DNA of 62,973 nucleotides, counting the filler, from Octopus bimaculoides (taxonomy: Eukaryota): NCBI RefSeq assembly GCF_001194135.2. It is 4 parts of 3 records of this genome, joined end to end, with 100 filler letters (N's around TTAATTAATTAA, not from the genome) between each part and the next. Parts side by side here need not be neighbours in the genome. Positions count along the whole stretch, not along the records: positions 46,673 to 54,574 come from NC_068984.1; positions 54,675 to 62,973 come from NC_068987.1; 2 more parts are not named here. One strand, written 5' to 3'. The notes below the pieces were generated by a model, which had not been told where the DNA came from, did no database searches, and worked only from the letters and a program-made list of their open reading frames with translations. Positions 50,526-62,973 of this stretch are shown here, one piece after another. The translations under genes were made by a program, and so were the position numbers. Within the stretch, counting starts at the first letter, position 1. Each line of letters opens with the position of its first letter.

Positions 50526-51722
50526 ATTGTTACATAATCTGTTTGATTAGTTCATTAGCTGGTTTTATTAAACAGGTGTATCTATACTTTCAAAAAGAAA
50601 TAAATACATTCAAAAAGGTGAATATGCAGTAAAAGACAAAAAAGTAAATATGTGCATCTAAAAATTATAAATATACATACCTACAGATGCTCCAAGATAC
50701 ATACATGTTTACATTTTAAAATTATAAATGCACATACACACATAGAAATACATGCACATACACACATATATATATGTGTATGTGTATCCTTATATCCCAA
50801 TGTATAAATTATAAAACAATAGTGGTTTTCAGCTAATTCTTAAATATAGTTAAAAAGAATGTTTTAGCTCTTGAAGTTTTTACTTGCAGGTTATAGAGTG
50901 GATTATACCTTCAGTTTCTTTTCCTGATTCTATGTTTAGAGTGGTTTTCTTACAACATTGTAGTCTTTAATTTCTTCTGTGAAATTAGGTTTCATTCTTT
51001 TTTTTTTTTTTTACTTCATCATGATAATGTGAAAGTTCTTCGAAAATTGTTTTGTTTGTTGATATTTTGGACATTTTTGAATGAGATACTATGGACTAGG
51101 TTTTTCATAAATTTCTTTGAGAGATTAGATTAGTTTATAAATGTACTCATTCAATTGGTTTTATGTTGAACAGAATACTGAATTGTCTAGGTTTAATGCG
51201 ATAGCTATTATTTTTACTTTTTGCATGTTTCAATTGTTATTTTAAAACCTAATTTTTCAATGAAATTAATGTGACTTCTTTTCTGAATTTGTCAACTTTC
51301 TGAGTGTGTTTAGCTCTATCATCTCAATAATGTTCCCCAGATAGAAGTGGATATTTTTGATGTAATAATTTTAAACTATATAAGCCTACAAGATTGCTTA
51401 TTTCTGCAGAATCTTTCGCATTTTGTTTGATGCAAAAAAGAAAATCAGTATTATATATTTTTTTTAGCCATGTAATATTAAAAACAATATAGATTTTCTT
51501 GCTTGCAAAATCTGAACTGTAAGTTGGATAAATTAAGTGAAATTTGAAATCCCAGTTAACATTAATTGTGTGTATGTATGTACATAAGAGAAAGAGAGGG
51601 GGAGTGTATGAGTGAGGGTAACTGCAATCCTCATGGAGACAATATGAATTTACTTTAATGTGTATTAATGTATGCAAGTGCATGGTCTTGAAATAAAAAA
51701 TGAAATACTATTGCAATCTAGT

Positions 51723-51728
51723 TTTATT
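51723..51728 (-). terminator. Candidate polyadenylation signal AATAAA for the minus-strand gene end
   Basis: About 345 nt downstream of the TGA at 52072, followed by a T-rich stretch (TATTTCATTTTTTATTTC). Confidence 0.3.
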
Positions 51729-52071
51729 CTGAGGGATATTTTATGTCCTCTTGTTGCATTCTTTCATTCTATTATTATTGTTATGATAAATATTAGCTAA
51801 TATATTATGTGAGTGTGTGTGTGTGTGTGTGTGTAAAAGTAGAATACATGTTTTCAGAGAAAAAAAAGCAAAATACAAAAGAAGCAAACTGACTGTATTT
51901 CCACATGCTACTTCAAGATTTTATAAGACAGATGGAGGTATAATCCATTAAAATACAAAGAATACAAGCAAAAATGGATGAGAGCAAAGAAGTCTATTTG
52001 AAACAGCAAATATATTTGTCTTTCTTTTTGCACTTCTGTTTCCTGATTCATATCCACTTTTCAATACTTGC

Positions 52072-52207
52072 TCAAATGGAAGGTCTTTTTTTTTGTTTTG
52101 TTCTGATTATTGTTGGAGCAATTGTTTTTACACCTGGATGCTCTTTTTGGAAATCACCATTCAACTTTGAAGTAAATGTGGAATTTTGCTTTCTCCAGTT
52201 TGCCTGA
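52072..52207 (-). CDS. Putative terminal coding exon of an unidentified protein: (C)QANWRKQNSTFTSKLNGDFQKEHPGVKTIAPTIIRTKQKKRPSI*
   Basis: Very strong acceptor (long T-rich tract ending TTTTTTTTTTCAG). The phase-2 frame is the longest open frame, 44 codons to TGA, and matches the phase of the upstream exon. Lies in CpG-depleted DNA. Confidence 0.6.
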
Positions 52208-52660
52208 CTGAAAAAAAAAAGCAAAGAAAATAAAAAAAAAGAAACAACAGACTTATGTTCCCTGCTTAGAGAATAAATATGATTATTTCATCAACCTATT
52301 CTATATATTTCGTCTGAGAAGTTTACAATTATTTGTAATTGATGTTTTATATACCCTGGGAGAGGAACTATAATGAAGTGAATTTTCTAGTTTAATGATC
52401 ATCAATTTTCTTATCCTCCTTAGTTGCTGCATTGTTAACTTTGTTTTTCTCCAAGAATGTTTAGTAAGTTCTTAATTACTACAGATGTTATCTACTTTGG
52501 TAAGATATATAATGTGTATTTGCTGTGTGGATAAGCTATTGACTTCAATGGACACAGGTCATTGATTCTGTTTTTAACCTATAACAATTGGGTTGTAAAC
52601 TTAACTATGAGGATTAATACTTCCACTCAATCCATGGGTCCATTTTTTAAAGTCCCATAC

Positions 52661-52740
52661 CATTGCAGGCATTTAGGCCAGGTCCCTTCCTTCCTCCCAT
52701 CAGACTCTGAAAAAGGATTATGGATTTTGCCCTTTTTTCT
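52661..52740 (-). CDS. Putative penultimate coding exon (80 nt, phase 0/2): RKKGKIHNPFSESDGRKEGTWPKCLQ
   Basis: Acceptor tttagttgcttcttcag, donor TG|gtatgg. Splicing to 52207 creates the codon TGT and the motif WPKCLQCQANWRK. Confidence 0.6.
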
Positions 52741-52989
52741 CTGAAGAAGCAACTAAAGCAAATAACTTTAACAGAAAAAAAAAATGTCTGTAAAAGCTCT
52801 AAAGTGGAGACCTTAGTTACCTGTTTATTGTTTTATAGCATTAAGTGCATGAAAGTTAGTTCTTTCCTGAGATATGATGGATGCAATAATACTCGTTCCC
52901 ATCCCCCAGGTAACTAAGAATAAAGTAATCTTACTCCTGGTTATATGCATATTGTCTTCTTGATTGCCAACACAATCTTACATTTTTTT

Positions 52990-53500
52990 GTCTCCTTACT
53001 CACCATCACCATCCAACCTCTAGCCTACAGATGTGCTGTTTCCTTGATCAGTAACTCCCTCTAACCTCTGGTCGACAAACATGCTGTCTCTCTCTCTTTT
53101 CTACAGTGACCTCTGTTCTCATGCCACATGTTGAAGCCCTCTTCATTCATGCAATACACCTTGCATTATCTCCCTTCTTTTTTTACTTATCCTCTTAAGT
53201 TCAACACTGAACACTTCACCCAATCCTCTCCAACCAGCATGTCAACACTCTGGAAATTCCCCACCACCCAGCACGTTTTTTTCTCCTTTTCTTTTTCTTC
53301 CATCTGTTGGCTTTCAAATTGTTCAAGATAAATATGAACTGCCTTGATCTCACCTGTCTTGAAGAGTCTGCAATCACTATGGAAAAAGTCCCTTTTCCAA
53401 GACCAATCCAAAACTGGTGTACTGGCCTAATACACAAAAATATGCTTAATGTAAATTTGATCTCAAATCCTGTGAACAGATAATCCAATAGCTTATCCAC
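52990..53500 (-). pseudogene. Possible very old RTE-like reverse transcriptase remnant
   Basis: Fragments HQFWIGLGKGT (compare QFGF..GRGT), FIFILNNLKANR (compare AFVDLEKAFDR) and LVGEDWV (compare LGVEEWLV) occur in the right order but in shifting frames. Confidence 0.3.
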
Positions 53501-54532
53501 TGACATATTTCTCTTCTTATTTTAGTATTAGACATTCTGTTTTTGGACAAGACTCTGTCTGCCCTGCCAGAAAATCTTTGTACATATCCAAATAATATGC
53601 TTTATCATGCCATTCTTTGATTATGAATATTTTTCCAGTTTTCTTTCATATCATGCAGTTTTAAAATTCTACTTAATATAACTTACATATTTTAATGAGA
53701 AAACATTACTCCCCTGACATAAACGGTAATGATAACATCAACGCAAACACACAAAAGTATATCCATGTATTTGAAGTTGAAGCATTACTTTTTTATTTGC
53801 CTATTCTTTAAAACAACTGTTGTGGGATATGAATCTTCAGGTGGCACAAAATTTATACTAGAATGATTTAGTTATTTATCAGCTGCTGGTCAAATATGGC
53901 AGCACAGCAAAAGAACCTCAAACTTTTGGCAGTCATTTATCAGAGTTATGTCTAGAAGCACCCTGTTCCAATCATAAATTGGAATTTATTTTATTGAAAC
54001 TGGTAGATAGAACTGGTATTTTTTCATTTACATATCTGCATTTCAACAGCTCCCCTTGACTTTTATTAAATTTGAAAGATTACGTACATATGATGTAATT
54101 TTCTGCATGGTGTAATGGATTTCTCTGAAATATATAAGCACATGCATATACACACAAGGAAGCTATATACACATAAATATTGAAAGGTTTTGCTTATGCA
54201 TAGTAATACTGATCACCTAGTGTTAGAACTCAATTTACATATGCTTCAGAATAAAGCATTAGCTGAGTACAGGGCATAATATGAAATTAAATTAATAACA
54301 AAGGAATTATATCATCAACTTCATTAACTTGCAGTCGTTTCTGCTATAAGATGCAGCGCACTTAGAGATGAGTGCTTGTGTATCACCTTATAGCATTCTC
54401 AGAGCTTCTGAAATTTATGTATGTATGGATGTATGTATATGTATATGTATGTGTATGTGTATATGTATGTGTATATGTATATGTATATGTATATATGTAT
54501 ATGTATATATATATATGTATATATATATGTAT

Positions 54533-54572
<40 letters not shown>

Positions 54573-54674
54573 GTNNNNNNNNNNNNNNNNNNNNNNNNNN
54601 NNNNNNNNNNNNNNNNNNTTAATTAATTAANNNNNNNNNNNNNNNNNNNNNNNNNNNNNNNNNNNNNNNNNNNN

Positions 54675-54729
<55 letters not shown>

Positions 54730-54996
54730 CAGAGGGATGGAAAAGGAGAGAGGTAAGATGCACAGAAGACAGGGCAAAGAAAAATATATTGGTATATATA
54801 TGCATACATACATATGTATATAAAAGATATGTATTTTTATATATACATACATTTGCGTTTATATGTATGTTTGCACATATCTATACATATACATATAGAT
54901 AGATAGATATAGATATATACATACGCTCGCAAACAGATACACACATGCACACACTAAAATAAATTCTGCAAAAATAGAGTACTTAATAGGATTGCA

Positions 54997-55032
<36 letters not shown>

Positions 55033-55063
55033 CGTGCGTGTGTGTATCACACAGAAGATATAT

Positions 55064-55103
<40 letters not shown>

Positions 55104-55935
55104 ACGCACACACATATACATATATGTGCGTGAATACCACGCGTAAATACACATGTATACCTACATGCACACATAGAAACTCACATATACACGAATACAC
55201 ATAAATAAGGGTGGAAATAAAAAAGTAATGACAGAGCAGACGAACAAAGTAAAAACAGAATCAGAACAAGAAGGTACGAGGGATGAGAGAGAATAAACGA
55301 CACATACTGAAACTGAGAGAGCGAATAAATGACACATACTGAGATATGGAGATAGATAAGCATTCATAGAGAGATGGATAAATAGATAGTTAGATATGTA
55401 TATATATCTATATATATATATATATGTATGTATGTATGTATATATATTTATAGAGAGAGAATCGGTGAGTGTATGAATGTGTCAAGCAAGAGATTGGATA
55501 AAAATGAAATTGAAAGCGAGCCTGGAGTTTCTGTGTGNNNNNNNNNNNNNNNNNNNNNNNNNNNNNNNNNNNNNNNNNNNNNNNNNNNNNNNNNNNNNNN
55601 NNNNNNNNNNNNNNNNNNNNNNNNNNNNNNNNNNNNNNNNNNNNNNNNNNNNNNNNNNNNNNNNNNNNNNNNNNNNNNNNNNNNNNNNNNNNNNNNNNNN
55701 NNNNNNNNNNNNNNNNNNNNNNNNNNNNNNNNNNNNNNNNNNNNNNNNNNNNNNNNNNNNNNNNNNNNNNNNNNNNNNNNNNNNNNNNNNNNNNNNNNNN
55801 NNNNNNNNNNNNNNNNNNNNNNNNNNNNNNNNNNNNNNNNNNNNNNNNNNNNNNNNNNNNNNNNNNNNNNNNNNNNNNNNNNNNNNNNNNNNNNNNNNNN
55901 NNNNNNNNNNNNNNNNNNNNNNNNNNNNNNNNNNN

Positions 55936-55970
<35 letters not shown>

Positions 55971-56079
55971 GATTTGAAGTAAAATTTTAAAACATGAGAA
56001 TAACAACAACTTGCCAAACATATCGGTATATGAAGCGTGAATAGGAAATATCTGAGTGGAAATGACAGCGATAGAGATA

Positions 56080-56091
56080 AATAATAACAAC

Positions 56092-56150
<59 letters not shown>

Positions 56151-56196
56151 TTTATTTATTTATTTATGTGTTTCAGCCAAGTGCCTGCGGTCATGC

Positions 56197-56237
<41 letters not shown>

Positions 56238-56241
56238 GTGG

Positions 56242-56292
<51 letters not shown>

Positions 56293-56821
56293 GGAGGAGG
56301 AGGATGGTGATGATAATGATGATGATGATGAGGAGGAGGAGGAGGATGGTGATGATAATGATGATGATGATGATGATGATGAGGAGGAGGAGGAGGAGGA
56401 GGAGGGGGTGATGATGATCAAGATGATCATGATAATGATGATCAGGAGGAGGAGGATCATAATGATCGTGAAGTAAATGATAATGATCATGACGATGACG
56501 TTGATGACGAAGAGGGGGGGGCGATGATAATGACTGCGGTGGTGCTCGTCGTGTTGGTGATGAAGATGAAGATGTTGATACTGATGGGGTGGCGGAGGGC
56601 GGTGATATAGCTGATGACCATGATGATGATCATCATGACGACGATGATGATGATGATGATGAGGATGATGACTGTAATACTAATACGAATAATACTATTA
56701 AAAATAATAGTTTATTCATTTAAATAAGGAAATTAATTGCAATATTAATAATAAACTACAAAAATCAACAAGTGCAGCTACGGATAACGTTGATAGGAAT
56801 GATTCAGATTCTGATTCTGCT

Positions 56822-56852
<31 letters not shown>

Positions 56853-56856
56853 ATGA

Positions 56857-56899
<43 letters not shown>

Positions 56900-57114
56900 A
56901 ACGACGACGAGGAGGAGGAGGAGGAGGGTATACACGGTAACAGTATAGACATGGTCTGTATATAAACAACATTATGACACTGATGACAATCAGCATCACC
57001 ATTATTCTCAAAATAATAATAGTGCTGAAAAATTTATTATTGTAATCATTATCATCATCGTCATCGTCATCAGTATCATCATCATCATCATCGTCGTCGT
57101 CGTCTTCATCGTCG

Positions 57115-57154
<40 letters not shown>

Positions 57155-57155
57155 G
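56080..57155. repeat. Trinucleotide repeat field: (AAT)n, (GAT/GAG/GGT)n, GCT to GAT to GAC to GAG, (CAT/CGT)n
   Basis: Directly visible. Confidence 0.95.
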
Positions 57156-57699
57156 TAAGCATCAATTAATATTAAAATGTTAGAAACTATTATTATTGCC
57201 GTTTTACTTTTTACTTTTATTTCTTTGGTTATAATTGATTTTCGCTATTGAAAATGACATTACACAGTGAAGAAACTGTTTTTATTCCAATATTAATTCA
57301 TAAAACAATGGTTGCTTTTCCATGAGCAAAGGGGTTCGTTTTCCCATTATTTGAGATAGAGGAGAAGCTTGTTTTTAGATATGTTAAGTTGTTTACACGT
57401 TTTTGATAAATAGATATTTGCAGGATTTCCATGCATTGCCAGATGGTCGACTCAGAAGTGACAAGAAGTGTATGCTATAGCGGTGGAAGCAACAGTGTAA
57501 AAAATCAAAAAAAAAAATCGTCAACTTCCTGTGAAACGAAAAATAAATCAAAGACACACGTAGAACTTATAATGGGAATAAGAAATACATTGTAACCGCG
57601 ATGGTGTATGAGAAAAAACAATGCACTGCAGCGATAAAACAAACAAAGAACTGTATTTTGTTATTTGCAAACGTTTCCAGACAGAAGGTATGACTCGAC

Positions 57700-58890
57700 T
57701 TGAATCAGGTTGAGAAAAAGGAAGAGAGAACGAGGTTTGTTGCAGAAGATAGTATTTCTTTGTCCGACGAATTAATCCTGGAAAAAGCGAGGAGAAATAT
57801 GACATGGTTGCTTAAAAAGTTAATGGAGAATTCCATATGCTACAGAAGAAAGGAAGAGGGACACTTTGGTCGATTTATGGCAAGAATTAGGCTCCGTCAA
57901 CTATGGCTGGGCATACGGAAGCATGTGTCTCGTTTTTAAGACCAAGAATCAAGGATTGTTATTGGTAAAGCATTTCAGCATGCTAGTTCACAGAGCAGTT
58001 TCATAACATGTGAACTAAGGAAAACTAGAGTCCTTGTCAGAGATTTTGGCATGGACCTTGGCTTGGTGTCACCTTTGGGTAACTGTACTAAACTCGATGG
58101 TTGAGCAACACCGAGGGTATGGTGTACGAGAATCGATCCGCAATGATATATGGTCAGAAGAGTAAACTTAGTCTGGACATCCAGTTCCTAACGATCATCG
58201 AATGCCACAAGGATATTCTGGAGCGTTAGCATTCAGTAAGCAGAACGGAAGAAAGTTTGACTGCTGGCATTAGTCAGAAGATTTAGTTGCTATATGTGTG
58301 TGCTAGCGTAAACCATATGAGGGCTACAAAGTAGTATCAACCACAACAATAAGTTAGGGAAATGAAGACTATAGCTGTAGCTACCGGTATTTCCAGAGCA
58401 CCGCCTATCATAGCACTGAAAATAGTCAAGCTGAAACAGACGAGTCGTCTCGTCCTTGGTACTAGCTGTAGATTTCATAGTCGACCACTGAGAAGTCAAT
58501 GTGTCACACGTCCTTTTGCAATGATGTGTAGCAAATAGAAAACTGGGGAAGGGTAAAGGAAAAGACTCATCTCTGAGAAAAGGCAGGGAACGGAAAGGAA
58601 ATCCATCAGGAAAAATCTCTCGACTTCAACAGATCGCACAAGCTTTATGGTGATTTAGGACATGAAATGCAGCGAACTATATCAAAATGTTGACTGTGGA
58701 AGAATATGGACCATATAATCCGCTGACCGAGGAGGATATTGGCAAACATCATTCAATCCTAGATAACATAAGGTTATTATGGATCAGAGTCCAGGTTATG
58801 GGTCGAAACTGCTCAGGACTGCTTTTGGAACATCAAGTTTGCAAAAAGTTTACAGCGCAGATGACCACCGTGAAGTACAGTGATCCTATT
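57700..58890 (+). pseudogene. Possible ancient CR1/L2-like LINE ORF2 remnant
   Basis: Non-repetitive, relatively GC-rich block with CCACAAGGA-T-ATTCTGG (compare PQGSILG) near 58205 and EEYGPYNPLTEEDI (compare EY...W.P...DI). Many stops. Confidence 0.3.
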
Positions 58891-58944
58891 TAGCTTTTCT
58901 TCTCTTTTTCGTGTTCTAAATTTTTAATAAACTCCATTGCATTG

Positions 58945-58946
58945 TT

Positions 58947-59002
<56 letters not shown>

Positions 59003-59003
59003 T
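58945..59003. repeat. (CAT)n microsatellite
   Basis: Directly visible; immediately precedes a SINE. Confidence 0.95.
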
Positions 59004-59009
59004 GTTACT

Positions 59010-59209
59010 GGCGAGCTGGCAGAAACGTTAGTTTAGTAATCCGGGTGAAATGCTTATCGGTATTTCGTCTGTCAAATTCCACCGAGGTTAACTTTGCCTT
59101 TCATCCTTTCGGGGTCGATAAATTAAGTGCCAGTTGCATACTGGGGTCGATCTAATCGACTGGCCTCCTCCCCAAAAAATTTCGGGCCTTGTGCCTAGAG
59201 TAGAAAAGA
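59010..59209 (+). mobile_element. SINE family C copy (small deletion in the head)
   Basis: GGCGAGCTGGCAGAAACGTTAG...CAAATTCCACCGAGGTTAACTTTGCCTTTCATCCTTTCGGGGTCGATAAATTAAGTGCCAG...GGGCCTTGTGCCTAGAGTAGAAAAGAA. Confidence 0.92.
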
Positions 59210-59420
59210 ATCGTTAGCACGCTGTGCTAGATGCTACGCAGCATTTCCTCCGTCTTAACATGCTGAGTTCAAATTCCGCCGAGATCAACTTTGCCCTTTC
59301 ATCCTTTCGGGGTCGATAAAATAAGTGCCAATTGAACACTGGGGTCGGTGTAATCGACTCATCCTCTCCTCCAGAATTGCTGCTCTTGAAGAAAAATTTG
59401 AAACTATAATTATTATTATT
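59206..59420 (+). mobile_element. Second SINE family C copy fused to the tail of the first
   Basis: Begins AGAATCGTTAGCACGC (5'-truncated head) and contains GAGTTCAAATTCCGCCGAGATCAACTTTGCCCTTTCATCCTTTCGGGGTCGATAAAATAAG. Ends in (ATT)n/(CAT)n. Confidence 0.9.
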
Positions 59421-59749
59421 TTCATCATCATCATCATCATCCTCGCCACCACCACCACCACCATCATTATTATTGTTTAATTTTATAATTATTACGGAGA
59501 AGAACTATAACAACGACAACGTCATCACCAGGTTTTCACTGTAGGAAGTCATGCGTGAACTGTAGAAAGAACTCCTGATGGTCTATTTCTCATTCTTTGA
59601 GTGCTAACAAATTCCATGTAACTTTGTAAAAGTTGTATGTCTAAACTGGTTAATGAATATGCATTCGTACAATTAGCACGTATGGAGGCACATGCAAACA
59701 CACATGCATACACTTATATACAAACTGGCATACACATATATATATATAA

Positions 59750-59793
<44 letters not shown>

Positions 59794-60496
59794 GTACATT
59801 TACACGTTCCTATTCGCAAATTACCATAAAATCATCATCCGTACACAAGGATAACAGCGACACCAGATGGAGTTTCCGTGATCTGGTGCTCCAGCATTGG
59901 CACAAACATATCGGTTAAACTAAAGAAATAATCAAAGATATACTCATGCTCACAAACATGTCTTTACATTTAACAGGTATCCATCTAAGTAGATATAACT
60001 GCACGTTCCTACATAAACGATTGTGTGTATGTGTGTGTATGGGCTTTTTATGTATTACATATAGGTAGGAAATTAGAATGCAGGCAATCATGTCTAAATG
60101 AGTGGCTGTGTATGGAACAATCCTAATTATAATTGCAATAATTATATAAAACTATTTTATGTCCTCGTGCAGGCGCAACGTACATATTCCCAGATCAGTT
60201 AAACGTGCAAGCATATGCATTTGTGTAATTTCCATGTATAAGAATGCACATGCACATTTGTGAGCCAGTGTGTCAGTGAGCGTACATGTGCATTTGCGTG
60301 CATGAGGCGGTTGGTGGGAGTGGGGTAGGCGTGTGTCTGCATAATTCTCTATGCTGTCATTATCTTAAGTAAATATGCTGCATTACTCCAGCCTGGTGAG
60401 TGTCTCGGACGCACAAACAAGACAGAAGCAATACTATAAACACGTGCGTATCCATATCCACATAGAATCATACATACACAAGCAAAGTACTCACGT

Positions 60497-60565
<69 letters not shown>

Positions 60566-60572
60566 CATATAC

Positions 60573-60603
<31 letters not shown>

Positions 60604-60626
60604 TATACATACATATATATATATAT

Positions 60627-60670
<44 letters not shown>

Positions 60671-61544
60671 AACTTACTTGGAAAAGGATGCGTGGCGTTC
60701 AATTATATAATAATATAAATAATATATATATATGCATATATACATACGTATACGTACATGCTTACATGCATACGTATATACATATGTATATGTGGACACA
60801 GGACGTCACTAAACGTAATACATATATATGTATGTATGCATGCATGTATGTATGTATGTATGTATGTAGATACAAACATATGCTTGTATGTCTACAGTTG
60901 TGTATACACACCTGTTGCATGCGTCTATGAATTCAAGTCCTGAGATTTTTGCGTGATAGTAGGTCAGTGGTCTACACAGACGTCTGAGTAGTAACGAAGC
61001 GTGATTTCTGTGTATGTTTGTAGGGAAAGAGTGAAGATGACAAAGGGAGAGATAGAAGGAGGAAGAGAGGGAGAGAACAAATAGAGAGGACTTGGAGAGA
61101 AACAAGCATTGAGTGGGTAGGATTGCTGGGTGAGTGAGTGCGTGAGTAAATGAGTGTAAGTGTTTTGAGTGATAGGTTGAGTAATTGTTCCAATATTACT
61201 CAACGTTGTTTTCGTTATGTTTTTTGTTTGTCTTTGAATATCTTTGTCACCCATTGTGCTAGAATACTCTGGATTGGTAGGTAGGTAAATTTGTAAGTTG
61301 GAGGATGGGTATATAAGTTGAAATGTAGTTTTGTTGCAAGGGTAGACAGATTAGCATGTAGTTATGAAAGATTGTGGGTAGCTTTATAGTTAGGTTGGTA
61401 GATACGTAGGTAGATAAATATGTAGATACAAGTTAATGAATGCCTGATTAACTGAGAAGAGTGTGAGTAAATACTCATTACATTTGACAGAGTAATCTGA
61501 ATAGAAAGGCAGAAGTGTGGGTAAACCTGTTGGAAAATACAGGA

Positions 61545-61860
61545 GTAAAGAAGTAAAGATCCCCTTCAGTCATGAATAACCTTGGGATTGTACCCAGAAA
61601 AATTCCCCTCCTAGGCACAAATCCAGCAGCTGCTGATGCATACCAGCCTCCCCTCTCCATGCCACTGATGTTATCCAAGGGAAAGGAAAAGGTTGATACA
61701 GCTTGGCACCAGTGACGTCGCAAATCATTTCTACTACTGGGCGAACTGGAGCAGCGTGAAATAAAGTGTCTTGGTCAAGAATACAACACACATCCCAGTC
61801 CGGGAATCGAACTCACAGCCTCACGATCATAAGCTCGATGCCTTAACCAATGCGCCATGC
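61545..61860 (-). mobile_element. SINE with head A and tail 2
   Basis: Head (GCATGGCGCATTGGTTAAGG...GAGTTCGATTCCCGG...CAAGACACTTTATTTCACGCTGCTCCAGTTC) is homologous to 11033. The tail (GCGACGTCACTGGTGCCAAGCTGTATC...CATGACTGAAGGGGATCTTTAC) is unrelated to tail 1. Confidence 0.88.
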
Positions 61861-62089
61861 AGTAGGTATATAAGCTAGTAAAACTATATCTACAAGCCTG
61901 CCTACCTACATGACTGCTTATCTATATGTACCTACCCTGGAATAGGTATGTAGCAGATAGTTAAGTATAGTGATAACTAGAAGGGAATGCAGATTTTTAA
62001 GTTAGCAAGCAGATAAGCAAGCATGTATAACAATTCGAAAGGTAAAACAAGCACAAATAAATAATCGAATGTATAAAGATACTTGTTAT

Positions 62090-62312
62090 AATTGTTTCTA
62101 ATTTAGGTACAAAGCCAGCAGATATTCTAAAGGGAATGGATTATTCGCTTCCACCGATTCCATTACTTTGATATTAATATTATTTTATCGACTGCAACGG
62201 GATAAAAAGTAAAGCGGACGTTGGCGGGATTCGAACACAGAAAGTAAGACGGTGGAACAAAGTATATATTTTCTTTTCCGACGTTCATGTGATTCTGCCA
62301 ATACACCACTCT
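62090..62312 (-). mobile_element. Diverged SINE family C copy
   Basis: Reverse complement contains GGCAGAATCACATGAACGTCGG...GTGTTCGAATCCCGCCAACGTCCGCTTTACTTTTTATCCCGTTGCAGTCGATAAAATAA. Confidence 0.75.
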
Positions 62313-62685
62313 ACCTGTCATAATAAACACTTGTTTCCATTTGTTACCTCCCTTCCCTCCACTCATTCATTATCGCTTAAAAAACAGATTTCTCATTTCC
62401 ATTTCTCCGGTCTGTTTTATTTATCGAAAGAAACTAGTAAACAGTTTATCTCTCTTTAAGGAAGGGTTATGCCCTAAGCATTAGACTTCTCTTCTTTCTC
62501 GCAGCAACAATAATGTATTCCACTTTGTGAACCTTTTGTATTTATAATAGAGCTTGACGGTTATCTGCGCATGAGCATTGAGCATATTTTGATATATGTA
62601 CACAGAAAGGAAGGAGAGAGAACAGGAAAAGGGCAATAAATAGGACGAGATTGGATAGATTGGATAGGCAGACAGTCACACCAAC

Positions 62686-62687
<2 letters not shown>

Positions 62688-62744
<57 letters not shown>
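62688..62744. repeat. (GATA)n tetranucleotide microsatellite (others at about 21683 and 60628)
   Basis: Directly visible. Confidence 0.95.
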
Positions 62745-62747
<3 letters not shown>

Positions 62748-62973
62748 AGGGAGGGAGAGATAGAAAGTGACATGAGTATATCTCATAAACAAAAATAGAA
62801 ATATGTTTTAAAATAATGATATTAAACACAACTACAAGTGCAATAAAAATGGTGATGATGATGATAGTAGTAGTAGTAGTAGGAGGAGGGGGAGGAAGAG
62901 GAGGAACCACAACAGCAGTAGCAGCAACAACAATATCAATAAATGGCAAGCAAATATGAAGAAACTGAAGGAG

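Noticed and set aside
52812-52918. 12-bp inverted repeat CTTAGTTACCTG / CAGGTAACTAAG, and an LPGGWE (WW-domain-like) peptide on the minus strand
   Set aside because: No TSD, and a 12-bp match at this spacing is plausible by chance in 63 kb. All three frames hit stops before the nearby donor, and the WW-like residues fall in different frames.
56147-56476. Acidic poly-D/E ORF of 109 aa
   Set aside because: It lies in a GAT/GAG/GGT repeat field, all frames give homopolymers, and there are no splice signals or unique sequence.

Overview
AT-rich, microsatellite-saturated animal genomic DNA from a gapped short-read assembly. Roughly 7 kb is N by my tally, and most gaps are flanked by (TA)n. The SINE families and repeat landscape look like an octopus genome (inference from recalled repeat motifs, not a database result). 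Almost every ORF in the supplied track is a translation of a simple repeat or an N-gap. Best-supported features: (1) a divergent inverted pair of intron-containing tRNA-Ile(TAT) genes plus a 5'-half fragment at 6.2-6.7 kb; (2) about 20 tRNA-derived SINE copies, two with clear target-site duplications, whose head and tail modules are mixed; (3) decayed transposon coding fragments: Penelope-like (RT end/GIY-YIG plus a hammerhead-like remnant), three R4/Dong-like LINE pieces, Helitron Rep/Hel pieces, a Tc1/mariner transposase, and several MITEs; (4) a strongly CpG-depleted block at about 48.6-54.4 kb, lying between two artificial scaffold linkers, that contains two phase-compatible minus-strand exons. 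These look like the 3' end of an unidentified protein-coding gene. I see no complete protein-coding gene, CRISPR array or rRNA. No new multi-gene system is demonstrable here; the most promising leads are in the findings.
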